Source: an uncultured Nitrospiraceae bacterium (GTDB taxonomy: Bacteria; Nitrospirota; Thermodesulfovibrionia; Thermodesulfovibrionales; Dissulfurispiraceae). From it: DNA of 64,000 nt. The stretch covers positions 1,248,001-1,312,000 of the forward strand of contig CAVSHF010000003.1 of the NCBI GenBank assembly GCA_963727805.1, given 5' to 3'. Positions within the stretch are counted from its first letter, which is position 1; each line of letters opens with the position of its first letter. Below are positions 59,335 to 64,000 of the stretch, one piece after another. Made by a program: the position numbers and the translations under genes. The notes beneath the pieces were generated by a model. It saw only the letters and a program-made list of their open reading frames with translations. It searched no databases and had not been told where the DNA came from.

Positions 59335-60600
59335 ATGAAGCGCGTTTGGATATCACTTGTAATTGCACTGAGTGCGACGATTTTTATGATGTGGCAGGGC
59401 GGTGCCTTCGCCGAGAAACCGAAGGACATGGCACAGGCTGAGACAAAGGTTGAGCAAAAATCTGATGCAACGCCTAATGCTGCAGTATCGCCGACCATCT
59501 TGATCGACAAGACTTCGCTCAGTAATGGCGGCACTATCACCGTTACCGGTACCGCTCCCGCGGGGAAACCGGTCTATATCGAAGTATGGTCTGACGACAA
59601 TGTGCGCGTCTCACGTTTCGATGCAGATGTGGACAAGGAGACCGGCAAGAGACCATATATCCTGTACATGACCGAACAAATGCCAGCCTACTATAAGATA
59701 TTTATGCCGACAGACAAGAAGGAGGCACTGGACGGGATCAAAAAAGAGGGGAAGAACTGGAGCGTCTCAAAGGCGGTTAAAGACCTCAGTGCGGACATCG
59801 CGTACTCGATACCCGCAAAGATCAAGATAGAACGTTACCAGGCGACGCTGATGGGCAGCATCATCGGCTCACGCGGCGACCTACTTCCCCAGATGGATGA
59901 AAAAGAAAGCAGGAAGCGTTCAATGCAGCTCATCAAGGCTCGCTTCCGATCTCCGGACAAAGTGCTCAGCGCCGATGTCGAGGTCAATCCCGACGGTACC
60001 TACAAGGCGACGATCATGATCAGGGAAGGTCTGGCACCGGGTAACTATTCAATCGCAGCAGTCGTCGATAAAGGTGTGAAGAGCCAGCCGGTATCCTTTG
60101 AAAATAAGATCAGCTTTCCGAATATCTATCTGAGTAATGCTGGAACGAGCCTCAATCTTTTCTGGCCTTTCTTGCTCAGCCTCGCCATATCGATCTTCGG
60201 CGTTCTCATGGGTGCTGGAGGGGGCTTCATTCTGAACCCGCTCCTCGTATCTATTTGGCCGCTTCCGCATACTGTAGTTGCCGGTACTGTCATGCCGACG
60301 GTCCTCTTTTCTCAAGGCAGCGGCATCTACAATTATTCAAAGATAAAATTCATCAACTGGAAACTTGGCATCACGATCGGCCTCGGCATGCTCCTGGGCG
60401 GATTCATCGGCCCGAAGCTTACAGAGTTGATCACTCTCGATCAGTATAAATTCGTCTTTGGCTGGATCCTAGTCATTCTTGCGGGCCTAATGCTCTGGCA
60501 GACAACACCCAGCTATCTCAACAAGAACAAGAAGGAACAGGCCATACTGAAGGAATTCAGGAGACGGGCGGAAGAATCGATAAAAGCGAAAGGCAAATAA
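59335..60600 (+). CDS. Extracytoplasmic domain fused to half of a TauE/SafE (TSUP) transporter
   Basis: AAGGAGG RBS, signal peptide ..GGAFA, ~240-aa soluble region, then GVLMGAGGGFILNP, VAGT, GG.IG. Confidence 0.85.
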   Translation: MKRVWISLVIALSATIFMMWQGGAFAEKPKDMAQAETKVEQKSDATPNAAVSPTILIDKTSLSNGGTITVTGTAPAGKPVYIEVWSDDNVRVSRFDADVDKETGKRPYILYMTEQMPAYYKIFMPTDKKEALDGIKKEGKNWSVSKAVKDLSADIAYSIPAKIKIERYQATLMGSIIGSRGDLLPQMDEKESRKRSMQLIKARFRSPDKVLSADVEVNPDGTYKATIMIREGLAPGNYSIAAVVDKGVKSQPVSFENKISFPNIYLSNAGTSLNLFWPFLLSLAISIFGVLMGAGGGFILNPLLVSIWPLPHTVVAGTVMPTVLFSQGSGIYNYSKIKFINWKLGITIGLGMLLGGFIGPKLTELITLDQYKFVFGWILVILAGLMLWQTTPSYLNKNKKEQAILKEFRRRAEESIKAKGK

Positions 60601-60611
60601 GGAGGATAATC

Positions 60612-61001
60612 ATGATAGTCGAATTCTGGGGACACGAATTTAAGGTTAATATCATTTTCGGAGTAATCGGAGGTTTCCTGATCGCCATTGTTTCATCTAT
60701 GTTCGGGTTCGGTGGCGGCCCCTTTATGACACCTCTCATGGCGGTAGGCCTTGGACTGCCGATGTATCTCGTCGTCGGAAGTTCGCTGCTCGCAATCTTC
60801 TTCAATACTTTGATGGGCACGATGCGTCATTACCAGTTCGGCAACTTCGACCTCGCCTTTTTTCTTATCATGTTTCCAGCCGCGATCCTCGGAGGATTCA
60901 TCGCGCCGCAGATTGCGAAACGAGTCAGCCCCATTGTGGTAAAGCGGGTTGCGGTCGCCGGACTGCTCATCCTTGCGTTGAACCTGCTTGGGCTTTACTA
61001 G
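60612..61001 (+). CDS. Second half of TauE/SafE (TSUP) transporter
   Basis: SSMFGFGGGPFMTP, VVGSSL, GG.IA; ~4 TM; GGAGG RBS. Confidence 0.85.
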   Translation: MIVEFWGHEFKVNIIFGVIGGFLIAIVSSMFGFGGGPFMTPLMAVGLGLPMYLVVGSSLLAIFFNTLMGTMRHYQFGNFDLAFFLIMFPAAILGGFIAPQIAKRVSPIVVKRVAVAGLLILALNLLGLY

Positions 61002-61021
61002 AGACCGATGTTGAAGGGGCG

Positions 61022-61050
61022 AGGAGCAGGGTCGAATAGTCCCTGCTCCT
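61022..61050. other. GC-rich hairpin between transporter and Mo-enzyme genes
   Basis: AGGAGCAGGG-9nt-CCCTGCTCCT perfect 10-bp stem, no U tract. Confidence 0.55.
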
Positions 61051-61293
61051 TCAAGAGCAGCATGAGACAGAAGTGCCGGATCAAAAGCGCGATGAATCAG
61101 TCAGTCGTATTATGAGTTCACTCGTTAGGAATGAACATGAACCACAGGGGTAAGACTGTCGTGGATACTCACACGCCCGACTGAATACAAAGACATCGCG
61201 CTTTAGCTCACGTTTTTCTTCGTGACGACAAATTTATGTTAAGCTGAATTTAGAAAGGGTTTTACGAAAGCAAATAACTACAGAGGGACAGAT

Positions 61294-63387
61294 ATGACAG
61301 AACAGACTTCTGTTTTTAGCATGTGCGGCATGTGCGCTGTGAGATGCCCCATCCGCGTCGAAGTTGAAGGTGGTGCCGTGACTTGGATCGAGGGCAATCC
61401 GCATGTGCCGGGCATCGAGGGGGCACTCTGCGCCAAAGGTTCTGCTGGACTTGCCTTTGAATACGACGCGGAAAGACCTCAGCATCCGATGATCAGAAGA
61501 GGTGCAAGGGGGGCCGGCAAGTGGGCACAAGCCACGTGGGACGAGGCCCTCGATTATATCGCCGACAAACTCAAAGAGGTGACAGACAAGCACGGAGACA
61601 GAGCCATTGCACTCGCGGACCGTTGCGGCCCCTTCACCGACCTGACTAAGAGTTTCCTCAAGTCTCTCGGCTCGCCCAACTATTTCGACCACGACGACTC
61701 TTGCGCGATGAACGTAAACATGGCCTGCCAATCTCTTTTCGGGTACGGCCGCGGTGAGTTGGGCTATGACTTTTCGAACACGAAGTATATCGTACTCTTC
61801 GGTCGTAATATCTTCGAATCCCTCCAAGTCAAAGAGGTGAACACGGTCTTGGACGGCATGGAGAAAGGCGCGAAGATGGTTTACATCGATATCAGAGCCA
61901 CAGTAACCGCATCAAAGGCCGATAAGTTCCTAACGATTCGTCCCGGAAGCGACTATGCTATGTTGCTTGCCCTTGTTAACACAGTTTTGAAAGAACGGCT
62001 TTATGATGCGGCATATGTCAATCGCTATGTGTCGGGACTTGCAGAGCTTGAAGCCTTCGTTGCGGCCTACACCCCCGAGTGGGCCGAAAAGGAGACAGGC
62101 ATTCCTGCCCACGAGATATACACCATAGCGCACGACGCGGCAGCTGCCAAGCCGAACGTCATATTCCACGGCGGCTGGATGCTGTCCAGATACATCGATT
62201 CCTTCTATGCCAGCAGGATGCTTTATATCCTTAACGCCCTTCTGGGTAGTGTCGAGTCTAGAGGAGGCATCATCATTGCCAAGGGGCCGAAGGATACTGG
62301 CAGAAAGGGGCTAAAGTCTTTGGGCGCTCATATTCCGGATGTATCAGACACGATTGTGGATACCGACATGAAAAAGAAGTCACTCGGTACAGGCCACATG
62401 GTCAATCTCTATAAGGCGATCAGGACCGGAGAACCCTACCCTGTGAAAGCCTTCATCGCGTACCGATTCGATCCGATAGCGGCATTCCCGGATCCCGATG
62501 AACAACGGCAGGTGCTGGATAATCTCGACCTGCTAGTAGCGATAGATGTGAATTATAGCGATACCGCGTGGCATGCTGACGTGATTCTGCCCGAGGCAAC
62601 ATATCTTGAACGTTCGAACATCATCGCGACACAAAAAGGGCCGAAACCGGCATTTGTCATGAGAAGGCAAGCAATGGCACCACGCTACGACAGCAAACCC
62701 GCCTGGGAGATCTTCACGCTTCTTGCCGAGCGCATGGGCGCTGGCCGGTATTTTCCTTACAAGAACATAGATGACATCTGGAACTATCAGCTCGAGGGCA
62801 CTGGTGTGGAGATCGAAGACTTCGGCGCAAAGGGTCTTGTAAGCCTTGCCAAGGACCCGATCATAATGCCGCGTGATTCCATCAAGTTCACAACTGCATC
62901 AGGAAAAATCGAGTTGGTCTCATCGAAGCTCGAAAAGGCAGTATTCTCATCATTCGCTCCATATGTGACCCCAAAGAAACCCGAAGTGGGATTCTTCCGT
63001 CTTGCCTTCGGCCGCACTGCTGTGCATGCACATGCGCAGTCACAAAACAATCCATACCTCAATGAGCTTGTTCCCAAAAACACTCTGTGGATAAACGATG
63101 GCGAGGCAGAGAAGCTTGGCATTAAAAACGGTGATGACGTCGAAGTAAGCACCGAAGGTTATAGCGGGAAGATCAGGGCCTATGTTACCGCATACATTCA
63201 TCCAGAAGCGGTATTCATGCTCCATGGCTTTGGAAACGAAGTGCCGCTCAAGACGAGGTCCTTCAAAAAGGGACTACGAGATACCAAGTTCCAGAAGGGA
63301 CTTATTGAAACGGTTGATCCTGTTGGCGGTGGGGTCGCGTATCTCGAATGCATGGTTAGCGTGAAAAAGGCATCTGGGGGGCAATAA
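61294..63387 (+). CDS. Molybdopterin oxidoreductase catalytic subunit, PsrA/PhsA-like, no Tat signal
   Basis: CGMCAVRC..C N-terminal [4Fe-4S], DHDDSC, PGSD.A, YTPEWAEKETG, ADVILPEATYLER. Confidence 0.9.
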   Translation: MTEQTSVFSMCGMCAVRCPIRVEVEGGAVTWIEGNPHVPGIEGALCAKGSAGLAFEYDAERPQHPMIRRGARGAGKWAQATWDEALDYIADKLKEVTDKHGDRAIALADRCGPFTDLTKSFLKSLGSPNYFDHDDSCAMNVNMACQSLFGYGRGELGYDFSNTKYIVLFGRNIFESLQVKEVNTVLDGMEKGAKMVYIDIRATVTASKADKFLTIRPGSDYAMLLALVNTVLKERLYDAAYVNRYVSGLAELEAFVAAYTPEWAEKETGIPAHEIYTIAHDAAAAKPNVIFHGGWMLSRYIDSFYASRMLYILNALLGSVESRGGIIIAKGPKDTGRKGLKSLGAHIPDVSDTIVDTDMKKKSLGTGHMVNLYKAIRTGEPYPVKAFIAYRFDPIAAFPDPDEQRQVLDNLDLLVAIDVNYSDTAWHADVILPEATYLERSNIIATQKGPKPAFVMRRQAMAPRYDSKPAWEIFTLLAERMGAGRYFPYKNIDDIWNYQLEGTGVEIEDFGAKGLVSLAKDPIIMPRDSIKFTTASGKIELVSSKLEKAVFSSFAPYVTPKKPEVGFFRLAFGRTAVHAHAQSQNNPYLNELVPKNTLWINDGEAEKLGIKNGDDVEVSTEGYSGKIRAYVTAYIHPEAVFMLHGFGNEVPLKTRSFKKGLRDTKFQKGLIETVDPVGGGVAYLECMVSVKKASGGQ

Positions 63388-63894
63388 ATGAGCATTTATT
63401 ACATATATCAGGACCAGAATCGATGTATTGGCTGTTACGCCTGTGAGGTGCACTGCAAGACCAAGAATAATCTTCCGGTCGGACCGCGTTTTTGTAGGAT
63501 TATACCTGTGGGGCCAAAACCGGTCAGGGGAATACCGAAACTCAATTTCGTCTTCATGCCCTGCTTTCACTGTGAGAAGCCGTGGTGCGCATCTGCGTGC
63601 CCCACGGGTGCTATGCAGAAGCGGGCAAGGGACGGCATAGTCTTCGTCGATGCATCGCTGTGCGTCGGCTGCAAATCATGCATCACTGCATGTCCGTGGG
63701 GTGTGCCGCAATGGGACTGTACAACGGGCAAGGTGATCAAATGCGATTACTGCAAGGACAGGGTCGACAGAGGTTTGAAGCCTGCATGCGTGACCAAATG
63801 TACTGCTCACGCCCTGCGGTGGGTGTCTCCTGACGAGGCGTCTGAATTAAAGAGGGAAAGGTTTGCCAAGGATATCACTGAAAATCAACAGTAG
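63388..63894 (+). CDS. 4x[4Fe-4S] electron-transfer subunit (PsrB/DmsB type)
   Basis: CIGCYACEVHC, CFHCEKPWC..CP, CVGCKSC..ACP, KCDYC..PAC..C. Confidence 0.93.
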   Translation: MSIYYIYQDQNRCIGCYACEVHCKTKNNLPVGPRFCRIIPVGPKPVRGIPKLNFVFMPCFHCEKPWCASACPTGAMQKRARDGIVFVDASLCVGCKSCITACPWGVPQWDCTTGKVIKCDYCKDRVDRGLKPACVTKCTAHALRWVSPDEASELKRERFAKDITENQQ

Positions 63895-64000
63895 GGAAGT
63901 GCAGGCGGCCGAGGGCATGACAGTCCTCGAAGCTGCGCGCCAGGAGGGGGTCGACATTCCTACCCTCTGCTATCTCAAGGCACTAGGTCCCTACGGCGTA
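63863..64000 (+). CDS. [2Fe-2S] NuoG/HydA-type N-terminal domain protein, truncated by window end
   Basis: Manual translation from TTG 63863: MPRISLKINSREVQAAEGMTVLEAARQEGVDIPTLCYLKALGPYGV. Confidence 0.8.
   Translation, partial: MPRISLKINSREVQAAEGMTVLEAARQEGVDIPTLCYLKALGPYGV

Noticed and set aside
59290..59345. Apparent Tat motif SRRNFMK in the TTG-extended TauE ORF
   Set aside because: RR is encoded by the Shine-Dalgarno AGGAGG of the ATG at 59335; likely an artefact of over-extension
1..64000. CRISPR arrays, tRNA/rRNA, IS or prophage genes
   Set aside because: No spaced direct repeats, RNA gene signatures, transposase or integrase recognised by eye; a covariance-model scan was not possible

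Overview
Bacterial chromosomal window with no rRNA, tRNA, CRISPR or intact mobile element seen. Gene order and families (ccsA-hemA-hemC-cobA/hemD, GSU3473-like protein, CIRCE, cytoplasmic Psr/Phs-type Mo enzyme) suggest an anaerobic sulfur-cycling Nitrospirota/Desulfobacterota-like organism; this is inference only. Contents in order: panC (partial), argG, decayed dprA, smg-like, topA, a heme-biosynthesis operon, orphan livK with a collapsed livH/acuB scar, and a ~18 kb respiratory operon (nuoA-N with fused nuoCD, then Rieske and a cytochrome b/subunit IV/di-heme c fusion). These are followed by an ATPase-less peptide ABC module, a GH13 plus pentose-phosphate cluster, frameshifted alkD-like gene, fumC, an orphan sensor kinase, CIRCE-preceded 3x Hsp20 plus degP, OYE, a B12 radical SAM protein, and a split TauE transporter with a Tat-less molybdopterin oxidoreductase/Fe-S module cut by the window end. 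Best leads: (1) NuoF has YICGES instead of YICGEE, suggesting an NADPH-using complex I co-encoded with an atypical PEWN-motif bc complex, near an NADPH-producing glucan/OPP cluster; (2) a cytoplasmic sulfur-oxyanion Mo-enzyme system with a split TauE fused to an extracytoplasmic domain; (3) an unannotated small membrane ORF with an in-frame UGA followed by a hairpin.
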